64,000 bases of DNA from Candidatus Parcubacteria bacterium (GCA_018669975.1 JABHSK010000007.1:390-64389); one strand, 5' to 3'; numbered from the stretch's first letter, positions 28,302 to 39,658 are shown. The notes: generated by a model from the letters alone, not told the origin. Program-made: numbers and translations.

Positions 28302-29429
28302 TTATTCTATAATAATGTGATCTTTTATTTTAGGCGCTGTAGTTATCCAGTTGGGAAAGAAGTTGACTTGTACATCTTCTACACCAAGTTGCTGGAGGTA
28401 ATCTTTTATGCCAGCCTCATTTAGTCCAATAATTTTTTCTTTGTCTATGTCCCAATAGCGCCCGTCGGAATTGATAGTAGCATTGATTGAGGCCTCAATA
28501 ACCGCGGATTCTTTTTCTAAGTCTATTTCTATAATTTTATAAACAAAATTTTCAGCATCAAGCTTGATTACTGACTGTGATTCTTTAAGTTCTTTGCCAA
28601 ACTTTTCTTGTGAAATTTTATTCAAATCATCAGGAGAAAAAACCACACCGTAGGCTGATACTTTTTGAGTTAGACTTACTTCTTTAGTCTCAGTGCCCAG
28701 TGGAGTAAATTCAATAGTTTCGTATTCTAAAAATAATTGTTCATCTTGAATTTTAAGATTATCAGATAAAATATCATTTACAACTTTGAGTCCTTGCTCC
28801 CTAGCCTGTGTTTCTAGATTTTGTTTAACAGTGTCCAAATTTTCTTGGGTAACTAAGTATTTTGGTACACTTTGTAGTTTCATTCCATCCTTGCTTTCAG
28901 CGTAGACCATTTCCTGTAAACCTTCCCAAAGACCAGGAATGATAAATGTTGTAGCTTCGATTACAAATTGTTCTCCTTCTTGATCAGCTTCAGCCCAAAC
29001 TTCTGCTTGTCCACCAACTGGAATCTCAACTCTGTCAGCGATGCGGTATAGTTTGTTATCAGAAGTTAATAGGCGAGTAGTAGCTATTAGAACTTGGTCG
29101 CGGGAATAATTATTGTAAATAGTGACATAACCACCAGCTTTAGTGCTAGGCACTTCTTCTTGGTTGCTAGCCGTGGTGGTATTTAATTCAAATTCAACAG
29201 AAATTATTTTCCCTAATAGTATATCTGAAGACATTTCTTCAGTATTTTCAGATTGCATTTCTACTAGCACACTAGCTTGTTTTTCTTCTAGTACACTGTT
29301 TATGGTGATGGTTACTTTGGATAAAGCAAAATGTAGAATAACAAAAATGGCAACGATAGTTAGGAATAGAAAAAACCCGACTATTTTTACATATACATTA
29401 CCTTTGTTTGGTTTAGTTCTTTTTGTCAT
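28302..29429 (-). CDS. Hypothetical membrane-anchored protein
   Basis: N-terminal TM helix. No motif recognised. Confidence 0.4.
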   Translation of the reverse strand: MTKRTKPNKGNVYVKIVGFFLFLTIVAIFVILHFALSKVTITINSVLEEKQASVLVEMQSENTEEMSSDILLGKIISVEFELNTTTASNQEEVPSTKAGGYVTIYNNYSRDQVLIATTRLLTSDNKLYRIADRVEIPVGGQAEVWAEADQEGEQFVIEATTFIIPGLWEGLQEMVYAESKDGMKLQSVPKYLVTQENLDTVKQNLETQAREQGLKVVNDILSDNLKIQDEQLFLEYETIEFTPLGTETKEVSLTQKVSAYGVVFSPDDLNKISQEKFGKELKESQSVIKLDAENFVYKIIEIDLEKESAVIEASINATINSDGRYWDIDKEKIIGLNEAGIKDYLQQLGVEDVQVNFFPNWITTAPKIKDHIIIE

Positions 29430-29476
29430 GATATTTTTTAATACTATTATATTATACCAAAAATATTTAAGCAGCG

Positions 29477-32400
29477 CTATTTATTTTCTAGGCGCCAGGC
29501 TGATTGATCAAGGAATTCAACTATTTCTTCCTGGAGTTGTTGATCTGGTAATACTTTTAGATTTGTTTTTATTTTTCTAACTTTGCCGTTATGTATTTCT
29601 AAGTAAACAGAAGTCTTTCCTGGTTTGTTCTCTAGAATTTTTTTTAGATCATCCATCTTATCTTTGGTAAAGCTTCCTGGTAGGATAATCCAAAGTTTTT
29701 TGTTGGAGTGCTTTCCAGCTTTGATATTTTTAATATATTCCTCGGTTATAATTGTAGCCGTTTCAGTTAATATTTTTGGTTGGCCATCTTTTTCAGAGAC
29801 TTTACCCTGCACCATAACCTTGCTCTCATCTTGCCAGATACCAAAGGTTGTTTCTAGTGTTTTAGGGAATACTAGAAGCTCGACACTACCTATAGAGTCA
29901 TCAATGGTAACAAAGAGCATGGCCTTGCCTTTGTGGGTAATTATCTTTTGGATATGGGTAATGGTGCCGGCTACTTTGACGCTAGTGCCTTCTTTATTTT
30001 TTAATCTATTCAAAGGAGTGACTTTGTCTTTTAATAATTGTAAGCACTCCTTAAAAGGGTGACTACTTAAGTATAGACCGATTAACTCTTTTTCCCAGGA
30101 AAGTTTTTGTTCGGACGCTATATCTGGATATTCGTCCAGTTTAAGTGAGAGAACAGCACCAGCCAAAGGTAAGTCAGCAAATAGGTTGTTTTGACCGCTT
30201 TTATGGTCATTTTGTATTTTTTTATTATATTCAATAATAGTGTTGATATTACCCAGTGCCTGACCACGTGATAAGAATGAATCAAAAGCACCAGATTTAA
30301 TCAAACTCTCTAATGATTTTTTATTGAGATCTTTATCTTTAATACGATTGAGGAAATCCTCTAGTGTTTTATAAGGTCCATTATCCTTTCTTTCTTGGAT
30401 AATAACTTTAGCTATATTTTGACCAACATTTTTGATGGCTATCAAGCCGAAGCGTATTTTACCAAGATTTTTAGAATCTTCATTTTCTACTACAGCAAAT
30501 TTACTAAAACTCTCATTTACATCTGGCTGTAGTACCTGGATGCCCATTTTATGGCACTCATTTATTTCAATGGTAATACGATCAATATTATTTTGATCAG
30601 CGCTCATCAATGCTGCCATGAAAGCTTCTGGATAATTAGCTTTGAGGTAAGCAGTTTGATAGGCAATCATAGCGTAGCAAGCAGCGTGGGAACGATTGAA
30701 TCCATAGCGCGCAAAAGGAATGATAAACTGCCAAATTTTTTGGGCTGTTCTTTTGTCTATGCCGTTGTTGACCATACCAGTAACCATGGTTTCTTCTTGC
30801 TCGTTGAGTAATTTTTGTATTTTTTTACCCACAGCTTTACGTAGTACATCAGCTTGTCCATAGGTAAAGCCAGCTAGATCACGGGCAATTCTCATGATTT
30901 GTTCTTGGTAGATAGCGATACCGTAGGTGTTCTTAAGGATCGGCTCTAGCTTGGGGTGTAAATAAGTAACCTGTTTAGTTCCATGTTTACCACCAATAAA
31001 ATCAGGTATAAATTCCATTGGACCAGGACGGTAGAGAGCTACCATAGCAATAATATCTTCTAGTTCGGTTGGTTTAAGTTGTTTGAGATATCTTTTCATA
31101 CCGCCAGACTCTAGCTGAAATACACCAGTAGTGTCTCCTTGTTGGAGCAAATCAAACGTTGCCTTGTCTTCTAAAGGAATGTTATCAAGATCTATTTTTA
31201 CATCTTTGCTAGCCTCAATAATTTTAATAGCTTGTTCCAGGATGGTTAAATTTTTTAAGCCTAAAAAGTCCATTTTGAGCAAGCCTAAATCTTCAACAGG
31301 ATGTAGTGAATATTGGGAGATAATAGTTTTGTCATCACCGCTGGCATATTGCAATGGCGTGTAGTTTGTCAAAGGTTCTTTGGTGATCAATACACCGCAG
31401 GCATGAGTAGAGGAGTGACGAGCTAATCCTTCTAATTTTTTAGACATGTTTAATAATCTTTGTGCCTCAGGATCTTCGTTGTAAACTTTTTTTAATTCTT
31501 CAACAGTTTCTAATGCTTCTCCAAGAGAAGTGAACATAGGAATCAACTTGGCTAGCTGATCACAGTACCCATAGCTATATCCTAATACGCGTCCGACATC
31601 TCTGACGGCAGCTCTAGCGGCCATGGTACCAAAAGTGATAATTTGAGCCACGTGGTCTTTGCCGTACTTATTTTCTACATAGTGTATAACCTCCTCACGG
31701 CGGGTATCAGCAAAATCCAGATCAATATCAGGCATTGATACACGTTCGGGATTGAGAAATCTCTCAAAAAGTAATTCATAGTGGAGAGGGTCGAGGTTGG
31801 TGATGCCAATTAGATAAGATATTAAACTGCCAGCAGCAGAACCACGACCTGGTCCTACTACAATGCCCTGTTCTTTGGCCCAATTAACAAAGTCCTGCAC
31901 AATTAAAAAATAAGCCGCGTAACCAGTTTTTTGAATTACCGATAATTCATAATCTAGGCGTTCACGGATTTCATCGGTCATGTCAACCTCTTCATAGCCA
32001 AATCTTTTTTTAACCCCCTCAATACTTAGTTGATGTAGCTGTTCATCGGCAGTTAGATTATTAGGTAGGTCATAGTCAGGTAATTGAATGACACCTAATT
32101 CAATTTCTACGTTACAGCGGTCAGCTAATTTTTGGGTGTTATCGATAGCTTCTGGGCAGTCAGAAAATAATTGGCGCAACTTCTCCTCACTGTACATAGA
32201 ATAATCTTCACCTAGATAACTCATGCGATCTTTGTCCGTCTGTTTCCGTTTTATTTGAATACAAAGTAATACATCGTGAGCCTGATCATCTTCTGTGTCT
32301 ACATAATGGAGATCGTTGGTAGCTATTAATGGTAGATTAAATTCCTTGGCTAGTTTTTTCATGCCCTCGTTGACTATAGCTTGCTCAGGCATATTTCTAT

Positions 32401-32917
32401 TTTGTAGTTCCAAATAAACATTATCCTTACCAAAGGTGTCCAACATAATTTGGAGGTTGTCTTCAGCAGTTTTAGTTTGATTGGCTTTGATATGTCTAGC
32501 AATTGGTCCAGCGAGACAGGCGGTAGTAGCAATTAGTCCCTCGCTATATTTTTTTAATGTTGGCCAGTCTAGTCTTGGTTTATAATAAAAACCCTCCAAG
32601 TGAGCAATGCTGGTTAACTTGAGAAGGTTTTTGTAGCCAATATTATTTTTGGCTAATAACATTAAGTGATATGGTTTTTCTTTAGGATTTTTATCTTTTA
32701 GAGATCCCTTAGCCACATAAGCTTCAACGCCGATGATTGGTTTGAGACCTGCTTTTTTACATTTTTGATAAAATTCAATTGCACCGTACATAACACCATG
32801 GTCAGTCAATGCTAAAGCAGTAGCTCCTTGTTCTTTGGCGCGGTCTATTAGTTGATCGACGGTTCCTAGGCCATCTAGTAGGCTGTAATGTGAGTGATTA
32901 TGTAGGTGGGCAAACAT
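29477..32917 (-). CDS. dnaE: DNA polymerase III alpha subunit
   Basis: PHP domain MFAHLHNHSHYSLLDG, polymerase core and OB domains. Length 1146 aa. Confidence 0.92.
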   Translation of the reverse strand: MFAHLHNHSHYSLLDGLGTVDQLIDRAKEQGATALALTDHGVMYGAIEFYQKCKKAGLKPIIGVEAYVAKGSLKDKNPKEKPYHLMLLAKNNIGYKNLLKLTSIAHLEGFYYKPRLDWPTLKKYSEGLIATTACLAGPIARHIKANQTKTAEDNLQIMLDTFGKDNVYLELQNRNMPEQAIVNEGMKKLAKEFNLPLIATNDLHYVDTEDDQAHDVLLCIQIKRKQTDKDRMSYLGEDYSMYSEEKLRQLFSDCPEAIDNTQKLADRCNVEIELGVIQLPDYDLPNNLTADEQLHQLSIEGVKKRFGYEEVDMTDEIRERLDYELSVIQKTGYAAYFLIVQDFVNWAKEQGIVVGPGRGSAAGSLISYLIGITNLDPLHYELLFERFLNPERVSMPDIDLDFADTRREEVIHYVENKYGKDHVAQIITFGTMAARAAVRDVGRVLGYSYGYCDQLAKLIPMFTSLGEALETVEELKKVYNEDPEAQRLLNMSKKLEGLARHSSTHACGVLITKEPLTNYTPLQYASGDDKTIISQYSLHPVEDLGLLKMDFLGLKNLTILEQAIKIIEASKDVKIDLDNIPLEDKATFDLLQQGDTTGVFQLESGGMKRYLKQLKPTELEDIIAMVALYRPGPMEFIPDFIGGKHGTKQVTYLHPKLEPILKNTYGIAIYQEQIMRIARDLAGFTYGQADVLRKAVGKKIQKLLNEQEETMVTGMVNNGIDKRTAQKIWQFIIPFARYGFNRSHAACYAMIAYQTAYLKANYPEAFMAALMSADQNNIDRITIEINECHKMGIQVLQPDVNESFSKFAVVENEDSKNLGKIRFGLIAIKNVGQNIAKVIIQERKDNGPYKTLEDFLNRIKDKDLNKKSLESLIKSGAFDSFLSRGQALGNINTIIEYNKKIQNDHKSGQNNLFADLPLAGAVLSLKLDEYPDIASEQKLSWEKELIGLYLSSHPFKECLQLLKDKVTPLNRLKNKEGTSVKVAGTITHIQKIITHKGKAMLFVTIDDSIGSVELLVFPKTLETTFGIWQDESKVMVQGKVSEKDGQPKILTETATIITEEYIKNIKAGKHSNKKLWIILPGSFTKDKMDDLKKILENKPGKTSVYLEIHNGKVRKIKTNLKVLPDQQLQEEIVEFLDQSAWRLENK

Positions 32918-33018
32918 ATTTTTTTAAGATAATAAAACCCGATAACCTTTGACAATTAAAATAGATGTATCGGGACCAGACCCGTTAAGTGCGATTTTTT
33001 AACAGGCTTTTTTTGTTT

Positions 33019-33327
33019 TTATTTTTCCTCGTTGGTCTTAGTCGTTTTTTTACGGCTAGCAGACCTTTTTTTTTGTACTTTTTTGGTGAATTCTTGTCCA
33101 GCTTTAGTCAATACAGTTAGAAAAGCAGCCGCATTGCCAGCTTTACTTTTGAAAGTAGATATTCCTTCGTTTACATTATCAGCGATATTTTTTACAATAC
33201 TAATAGTGTCATTAACTCCCTTGAGTGTTCGGCCAACTTGGTATAAGATCCAAGAAAACCATAAAGCCACCCATAATACAGAAAAGCCTATTAGTAGGTT
33301 TAAAACATCTTTAGAAGTTTCTAACAT
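33019..33327 (-). CDS. Small membrane protein (DUF948-like architecture)
   Basis: One TM segment followed by a coiled-coil and a lysine-rich tail. Confidence 0.35.
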   Translation of the reverse strand: MLETSKDVLNLLIGFSVLWVALWFSWILYQVGRTLKGVNDTISIVKNIADNVNEGISTFKSKAGNAAAFLTVLTKAGQEFTKKVQKKRSASRKKTTKTNEEK

Positions 33328-33428
33328 TTATTTTTGTTTTAATGTTTAAGTTGCTCTAATTATAACACAATGATCTTTGTCTTGCCAAATATTGGATTTA
33401 TTGTGCTAATTATTGTATAATATAATAT

Positions 33429-34325
33429 ATGAATGATTATAAACCACTTACAACGAAAGAATTAGAAAGAGGATATTTCTTCCTAACGCATAAAGGTGCT
33501 CTTAGAAAAATGTTATTCGGAGCTGGTATTTTTGTGGTAGTGATTGTTTATATTATTTTATTGATCAATGCAATTGGCTTTGTTCAAAAGGCTGGTTGGC
33601 AACATATGGCCATGGGGATAGGACAAGGTTCTAATTGGGCAGCTAGACATGCTCAGGGAGCGCCTATGCCGATTTTGACAAAGAACGTGCAGGCGTTGTC
33701 ATTGGGCGATAGGCGTTATGCTTTAGTGGCTTTTATAGAGAATCCAAATGAGGATTGGGCAGCTCGCAGTTTTAAATATAGATTTGTAGTAGATGGTCAG
33801 GCATTGCCTGAAGAGGAGGCGTTTATGAATCCATCTGTAAATCCCCTAAAGAAAGAGGAGCGGATGCTAATCAAATTTGGCTATGAATCATCTAGGCCAC
33901 CATCTGATGTACGTTTGGATGTGGATGCTTTTCAATGGCGTCGTTATGAAAACGATTCACCAGTGATTAATTGGGATGTTTTAGATATAAGATATTATGC
34001 AGCTAGTCGAGAATCCCTAAATGGCAATGATGTTATAGTGGATCCCCATGTTGATTGGTGGGCACAAAACCTATCACTGTATGATTTATGGGAGGCAAAA
34101 TTTCAAATAGCGTTATTTAATGGAGATAGATTGGTGGGAGTCAATGAAATTTTATCTAAAGATTTTATATCTTTACAAAAAAAAGAATTGGAGGTAATCT
34201 GGTTAAACGACCTGTCGAGGGTTACAACGACTAAAGTTTATCCCGTAGTCAATTGGCTGGATTATGACAATTTCAAAGCTTTGGAATATCAGCCAAGAGG
34301 CGGCGGTTCTAGAGTAGAATTATGA
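33429..34325 (+). CDS. Hypothetical membrane-anchored protein
   Basis: N-terminal TM segment. Overlaps and is coupled to the ftsW-like gene. Confidence 0.4.
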   Translation: MNDYKPLTTKELERGYFFLTHKGALRKMLFGAGIFVVVIVYIILLINAIGFVQKAGWQHMAMGIGQGSNWAARHAQGAPMPILTKNVQALSLGDRRYALVAFIENPNEDWAARSFKYRFVVDGQALPEEEAFMNPSVNPLKKEERMLIKFGYESSRPPSDVRLDVDAFQWRRYENDSPVINWDVLDIRYYAASRESLNGNDVIVDPHVDWWAQNLSLYDLWEAKFQIALFNGDRLVGVNEILSKDFISLQKKELEVIWLNDLSRVTTTKVYPVVNWLDYDNFKALEYQPRGGGSRVEL

Positions 34326-35416
34326 AAAGTTTTTTAATTAAATGGCGAAACATAGATTGGTTGTTATTTTTTGCTATCATAATTCTCTTAGTTTTGAGTA
34401 TCAGTATTTTGTATAGCTTGAGCCTTAATTCCGATAGTACTAATTTTTTAGTAGTTAAAAAACAAATAATTTTTTCTATAGTTGGATTAGCTTTATTTTT
34501 TCTAATGTCTAGTATCAATTATAGTATTTGGTCAACTTATAGTAAGTTGATTTTTGTTTTGTTTGTGATTATTTTATTGGGGGTCTTGTTTTTTGGGTCA
34601 GAAGTTAGAGGAACAACAGGTTGGATTGATCTCGGGTTTTTTAGTGTACAACCAGTAGAATTTGCCAAAATTGGTTTGGTTATTTGGTTGGCTAGATATT
34701 TTTCTGATCACGCGGGTGAATTTAGGAACTTTAAACACATTTTGATATCTGGATTTTTTACTTTGGTATTAGTGGGCTTGGTGATGAAACAACCAGACCT
34801 TGGCTCAGCTCTAGTTCTTATGGGAACTTGGATTGTAGTTCTACTTTTTACAGGGATACAAAAAAAACACTTTTTATGGCTATTGGGCACTTTTTTATTA
34901 GTAATTACCTTGAGTTGGTTCTTTGTACTGCAACCCTATCAGCAATCTAGAATATCTATGTTTTTTAATCCTAGTTCAGATCCTCAGGGTGAGGGGTACA
35001 ATGTTATTCAATCAATGGTAGCAGTGGGTTCTGGACAATTTATGGGGCGAGGTTTATCCCTAGGCTCACAGAGTAGTTTGAGGTTTTTACCAGAACCGGG
35101 TACAGATTTTATTTTTGCTGTGATTGCTGAAGATTTAGGTTTGTTAGGTGCTACTTTATTGTTAGGGCTGTTTATGTTTATTTTCTATCGTTTATTTATG
35201 ATTATGCGTAAAAGCCAGGATGACTTTGGTTCGTATTTAATATTAGGGATTGCGGGAATGCTGTTGGTGCAGTTGTTTATAAATATTGGTATGAATATGG
35301 GCATTTCGCCAGTGACTGGCATCCCCTTACCTTTGGTTAGTGCTGGTGGCAGTTCACTTTTAGCAGTAATGATTGCTTTAGGCATAGCTCAGAGTGTGCA
35401 TATTAAAAATAATTGA
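34322..35416 (+). CDS. FtsW/RodA/SpoVE (SEDS) family protein
   Basis: ...GWIDLGFFSVQPVEFAKIGLVIWLARYF... and a polytopic membrane topology. Confidence 0.8.
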   Translation: MKSFLIKWRNIDWLLFFAIIILLVLSISILYSLSLNSDSTNFLVVKKQIIFSIVGLALFFLMSSINYSIWSTYSKLIFVLFVIILLGVLFFGSEVRGTTGWIDLGFFSVQPVEFAKIGLVIWLARYFSDHAGEFRNFKHILISGFFTLVLVGLVMKQPDLGSALVLMGTWIVVLLFTGIQKKHFLWLLGTFLLVITLSWFFVLQPYQQSRISMFFNPSSDPQGEGYNVIQSMVAVGSGQFMGRGLSLGSQSSLRFLPEPGTDFIFAVIAEDLGLLGATLLLGLFMFIFYRLFMIMRKSQDDFGSYLILGIAGMLLVQLFINIGMNMGISPVTGIPLPLVSAGGSSLLAVMIALGIAQSVHIKNN

Positions 35417-35527
35417 GTCGTGTATTTATAAAAGTTTATTTAGACCTTTTTATGTTTAAGCAGACTTGACTTCTTTGTTATTTTATGATTAAATAGACCT
35501 TGACTTTTTAAATTAATTATCAAAAAT

Positions 35528-36247
35528 ATGTCAGAATTTGTATTAGAAGCAAATCAACGTAAAGTTGACCAACAGAGTAGGTTGACTGAGTTGAGAAACA
35601 ACAGCCGTGTGCCGGGTGTTATTTATGGTTTTGGTAAAGATCAAATAGTGATTGATGTTGAATACAATGCTCTATTAAAGATATTAACTGAGGCCAGCAC
35701 TAGTAATTTGATTAAAATCAAAGTAGGCGGTAAAGAAATCGAAGTTATTGTTCGAGAATATCAACAGGATCCAGTTACTGATAAATTGGTACATGTTGAT
35801 TTTATGGCAACAGATCCTAAACGTGAATTGAACACTGTTGTGTCATTAGAGTTTGTCGGTGTTTCTAAGGCTGTACGTGAGCAAGGTGCTAAACTTGATG
35901 TAAAGAATGAAAAAGTAAATGTCACTTGTTTACCACAAGATTTGCCAGCGAAGATTAGCTTAGATACTAGCGGTTTAAATGAGATTGGTCAGAAGTTACT
36001 CATTTCAGATTTGCAAGTTAGTGATAAGATTAAAATTACCAATGATCCAAATGCGCCGGTAGTCAGTGTTATTATGCCTAAGAAGATTAAGTTAGCTCCT
36101 ATAGTTGAAGCAGGTGTTGAAGGTGCTGAAGGTGCTGAAGGTGTTGAAGGTGTTGAAGGTGTTGAAGGTGCTGAAGGTGCTGAAGGTGTTGAAGGTGTTG
36201 AAGGTGAAGCTAAGCCAGCTGAAGGTGAAGCAAAAAAGGCAGAATAA
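35528..36247 (+). CDS. rplY: 50S ribosomal protein L25/general stress protein Ctc with a repetitive (EGA/EGV)n C-terminal tail
   Basis: N-terminal L25 domain (...RLTELRNNSRVPGVIYG...). The C-terminus is encoded by a 9-bp tandem repeat. Confidence 0.75.
   Translation: MSEFVLEANQRKVDQQSRLTELRNNSRVPGVIYGFGKDQIVIDVEYNALLKILTEASTSNLIKIKVGGKEIEVIVREYQQDPVTDKLVHVDFMATDPKRELNTVVSLEFVGVSKAVREQGAKLDVKNEKVNVTCLPQDLPAKISLDTSGLNEIGQKLLISDLQVSDKIKITNDPNAPVVSVIMPKKIKLAPIVEAGVEGAEGAEGVEGVEGVEGAEGAEGVEGVEGEAKPAEGEAKKAE
36110..36215 (+). repeat. In-frame 9-bp tandem repeat (gaaggtgyt, about 11 units) encoding (EGA/EGV)n
   Basis: Direct reading of the sequence gaaggtgctgaaggtgctgaaggtgttgaaggtgtt.... Confidence 0.85.
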
Positions 36248-36259
36248 TTTTTTATTCAC

Positions 36260-37298
36260 AATGTTAACCCATAAATCAAAAATATATTTAGCAATAACTG
36301 TCATTTTTATGGCAGTTATTTTGCTAGCGTTTGGTTTGTTTAATATGTTTAAAGTTGATTTAGGTGCTGACCAGATAGTTGATGATGTGGTTCAACTGGA
36401 TGGTAATCAGCCACGTCATCCTTTGAATGGGCGTGTGTTGATTGATGGTGATGGGGATTTTTTCCCGATAGCAATAATGATAGATAATTCTTATGATATC
36501 AGACCACAACAGGGTCTAGATAAGGCAGATGTAATTTATGAAGCATTGGCCGAAGGAAATATTACTAGATTGATGGCTGTTTTTGATAGTCGTCAGGATG
36601 TTAATAAGATTGGGCCAGTTCGTTCAGCTAGAAAATATTATATGGATTGGGCAGAGGAGTATGGCGGTGTTTATATGCATGTTGGTGGTAGCCCACAGGC
36701 TTTGCAAATTGTCGATACCTATGATTTTGTTAATATAGATCAGATTGGTATTGGAGAGATATATTTTTGGAGAGATAAGGATTTATGGGCACCTCACAAT
36801 GTCTTTACCTCTGATTCTAATTGGTTGAGAGTAGGGGAGATTAAGGAAGTGGATAATATAGATAGTAATGTTATTTGGAATTTTATAACTGTTGATGATG
36901 CCGATATTTCAGATGACAAACCTAAACTTGATTTTAGTCTGAATTTTTCAGGTGCTTACAAGGTAGGTTGGAAATTTAATGACAGATTATTTGTTTATCA
37001 ACGTTGGCAAACTGATGATAAGTTTTTGTATGGTACTGGTGAGCAAGCTATAGCAGATAATATAATTGTTCAAGTCGCGTCAGCACGCATAGTGGATAAC
37101 AAGGAGAGGCGTGACATGGATAATAAGACAAATGGACAAGCTTTTATCTTTAATAAATTAGGCATGACAGAGGGACGGTGGATATATGAGGATAACCGTA
37201 CTAGATTTTTTGATGCCGATGATCAGGAATTTGAATTAGTGCCAGGTAAGACTTGGGTAGAGGTTATTCCTGATTTGCAAGATTTAATTTTAGAATAA
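36260..37298 (+). CDS. DUF3048 domain protein (YerB-like lipoprotein)
   Basis: GLDKADVIYEALAEGNITRLMAVF is the DUF3048 signature. The start is placed at MLTHKS. The track's upstream MKQVLKV... is a frame artefact of the repeat. Confidence 0.6.
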
Positions 37299-37324
37299 AA
37301 ATAAAACTCCGTTAAACGGAGTTT

Positions 37325-38173
37325 TTAGTTTGTAATTTTCACTATTCGTATATGTCCAGCTAGATCTTTGAGTAATTTTATTTTAGCTTTTGGCAATTTG
37401 GCCTTGATGGTTTCTTGGATTAATTCTTTTTGGGATGGATCGATTTCTAATAAGATAATATATTTTTTACTAAGATGTTCAGTGAGTTGTTCTAAAAGTT
37501 TTCTGTAATAGCTTAAGCCATCTGAGCCAGCCAAGAGAGCCACACGAGGCTCTTTTTTGATACTAGGCTCCTTTAATTGTTGAGGTGTTAAATATGGTAA
37601 GTTAGCTATAACAATATCGAATGTTTGGTCTTTTAATTTTTTTAATAGATTTGATTTTATAAATTTAACTTTGTTTTTTAGTCCCAGTTTGCGAGCATTG
37701 GTTTTAGCTATGCGCAGTGCTTTGATTGAGATGTCTACGGCAGTATATTGTGCTTCAGCGTAATTTTTAGCAATAGACAGAATTAAACAGCCACTGCCAG
37801 TACCGACATCTAAAATATTTGCTCGTTTTATTTTAGATTGTTTTAAATACTTTAGAGTTTCTTCAATTATTAACTCACTTTCTGGACGAGGTATTAGTGT
37901 GTGTGGGCTTACTAGAAATTTATAGCCAAAGAATTCTTTATAGCCTTTAAGATATGCTAGAGACCAACCGGCTAAACGTTTTACTACCAAGCTATTAAAT
38001 GTTTTAGCAGTGGAAACAGATATCTTAAATTCCGGATGTTTGTAAATGTATTCAATATTTTTATGCCAAGCCAAAGACAACAACTGGTCTAATTCTGCAG
38101 CTGGTAATTTGCCCGAATACTTTGATAGTAGTTCGCGGGCGTTTATTTTTGTTGAGTTTTGGCGGCTTGCCAT
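37325..38173 (-). CDS. prmC: Release factor glutamine N5-methyltransferase PrmC/HemK
   Basis: SAM motif [11 protein letters not shown] and catalytic tetrapeptide IANLPY (NLPY instead of the canonical NPPY). It is adjacent to prfA. Confidence 0.65.
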   Translation of the reverse strand: MASRQNSTKINARELLSKYSGKLPAAELDQLLSLAWHKNIEYIYKHPEFKISVSTAKTFNSLVVKRLAGWSLAYLKGYKEFFGYKFLVSPHTLIPRPESELIIEETLKYLKQSKIKRANILDVGTGSGCLILSIAKNYAEAQYTAVDISIKALRIAKTNARKLGLKNKVKFIKSNLLKKLKDQTFDIVIANLPYLTPQQLKEPSIKKEPRVALLAGSDGLSYYRKLLEQLTEHLSKKYIILLEIDPSQKELIQETIKAKLPKAKIKLLKDLAGHIRIVKITN

Positions 38174-39219
38174 AATCCTTTGATGACGGGTATTAATTCG
38201 CCATCCATTATGTTATTCAAATTATGTAATGTTAGTTTGATGCGGTGATCGGTTAGACGATCTTGCGGATAATTGTAGGTACGAATTTTTTCACTACGGT
38301 CACCACTGCCAATTTGACTTTTTCTATCAGCAGCGTTTTTAGCATGTTTTTCCTCTTCCAATTTGGCTAGTATACGGGAACGCAAAATGGCCATAGCTTT
38401 TTCTTTATTTTGTCCTTGTGATTTTTCATCTTGGCAGGATACTACAGTATCTGTAGGTAGGTGAGTGATACGTACAGCTGAATAAGTGGTGTTGACCGAT
38501 TGACCACCATGTCCAGAAGCACAAAAAGTATCAATACGAAGATCTTTTGCTTCAATCTGTAAATCTATTTCTTCAGCCTCTGGCATGACAGCTACTGAAG
38601 CAGCACTAGTATGAACTCGGCCAGATTTTTCTGTTTCAGGTACACGTTGCACTCTATGTACGCCGCTTTCATATTTAAAATATTTATAAACATTTTCGCC
38701 AGTAATTTCAGCGATGATTTCCTTGAAGCCATCAATTTCTGTTTTATTGGCAGATAATATTTTTAGTTTAAAGTTTTGGTTTTCAGCAAAACGAGAATAC
38801 ATACGGAAAAGGTCAGCAGCAAATAAAGCTGATTCATCACCGCCAGTTCCAGCTCTGATCTCTAGGATAATATCTTTTTTGTCATTGGGGTCAGCTGGAT
38901 TTACTAGTTCTTCTAATTTTTCTTCATCGTCACGGATTTTTTCTTGCAGAATTAGGACCTCTTCTTCGGTGAGGATAATCATCTCCTCATCAGTTTCAGT
39001 ATTCATTAATTCTCTGAGATGTAATACTTCTTTTTCATTGGTAGTTATAGATTCGGCTAAATCAAAAGCAGACTTGGCATCGTTATACTCCCTACCAAGC
39101 TTTGACATCTTTTTGTTGTCAGAAACTACATCTGGTTTTTGCATCTCAGTTTCTAGTTCGCTGACCTTTTGTTTTAATTTTTGTAAATCAATTTCCATAT
39201 TATTATTTGAATGACACAT
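38143..39219 (-). CDS. prfA: Peptide chain release factor 1
   Basis: GGQ motif ([11 protein letters not shown]) and RVQRVPETE (PxT tripeptide region). Confidence 0.85.
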   Translation of the reverse strand: MCHSNNNMEIDLQKLKQKVSELETEMQKPDVVSDNKKMSKLGREYNDAKSAFDLAESITTNEKEVLHLRELMNTETDEEMIILTEEEVLILQEKIRDDEEKLEELVNPADPNDKKDIILEIRAGTGGDESALFAADLFRMYSRFAENQNFKLKILSANKTEIDGFKEIIAEITGENVYKYFKYESGVHRVQRVPETEKSGRVHTSAASVAVMPEAEEIDLQIEAKDLRIDTFCASGHGGQSVNTTYSAVRITHLPTDTVVSCQDEKSQGQNKEKAMAILRSRILAKLEEEKHAKNAADRKSQIGSGDRSEKIRTYNYPQDRLTDHRIKLTLHNLNNIMDGELIPVIKGLWQAAKTQQK

Positions 39220-39280
39220 TCATTATAACAAAAAAACTCCCATTAATACTAATAAGAGTTTTTTGAAAGTTTAAGTATAG

Positions 39281-39658
39281 TTATTTTTTAGCAGCTTTGG
39301 CTTTTTTTGGAGCAGCCTTTTTAGCTGGAGCCTTAGTTTTTGGTTTGCTATTTTCTGCAATCTCTTTCTTGATTTTTTCTTTTTCTTTTTCAATTTTTCT
39401 CTCTGCAGATTTAGCTTTTTTAACAGCCTTACCTTTTCTAGTTTGGCTAGTTTTCTTTTGTAGTTCTTGTATTTTCTTAAATCTATCAACTCTACCGGCA
39501 GTATCGATTAATTTTTCTTTACCAGTATAAAAAGGATGACAGGCTGAACAAATTTCAACTTGTATTTCTTTAATAGTTGAGCCAACAGTCATGGTATTGC
39601 CACAGGCACAGATGATCTTGGCTTCTTTATGATATTCTGGATGTATGTCTTTTTTCAT
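39281..39658 (-). CDS. rpmE: 50S ribosomal protein L31 with a long K/A-rich C-terminal extension
   Basis: [10 protein letters not shown]...CACGNT...[10 protein letters not shown] is the L31 zinc ribbon. It is followed by ~55 aa of KKAK repeats. Confidence 0.8.
   Translation of the reverse strand: MKKDIHPEYHKEAKIICACGNTMTVGSTIKEIQVEICSACHPFYTGKEKLIDTAGRVDRFKKIQELQKKTSQTRKGKAVKKAKSAERKIEKEKEKIKKEIAENSKPKTKAPAKKAAPKKAKAAKK

Noticed and set aside
29625-31364. Plus-strand ORFs inside dnaE and similar antisense ORFs inside miaB, guaB, thrS, cysS and others
   Set aside because: They are fully contained within long, well-supported genes on the opposite strand. There is no independent evidence for them.
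36110-36215. Possible CRISPR-like repeat array
   Set aside because: It is a 9-bp in-frame coding microsatellite with no spacers. No cas genes or 25-40-bp repeats occur anywhere in the window.
36105-36259. ORF-track N-terminus MKQVLKVLKVLKV... of the 36105..37298 ORF
   Set aside because: It is the L25 9-bp tandem repeat read in a different frame. The real DUF3048 gene starts at the ATG at 36260 (MLTHKS...), which is followed by a TM helix.
39271-39530. Lysine-rich ORFs 39271..39489 (-) and 39297..39530 (+) overlapping rpmE
   Set aside because: These are alternate-frame or antisense readings of the KKAK-repeat tail of L31.
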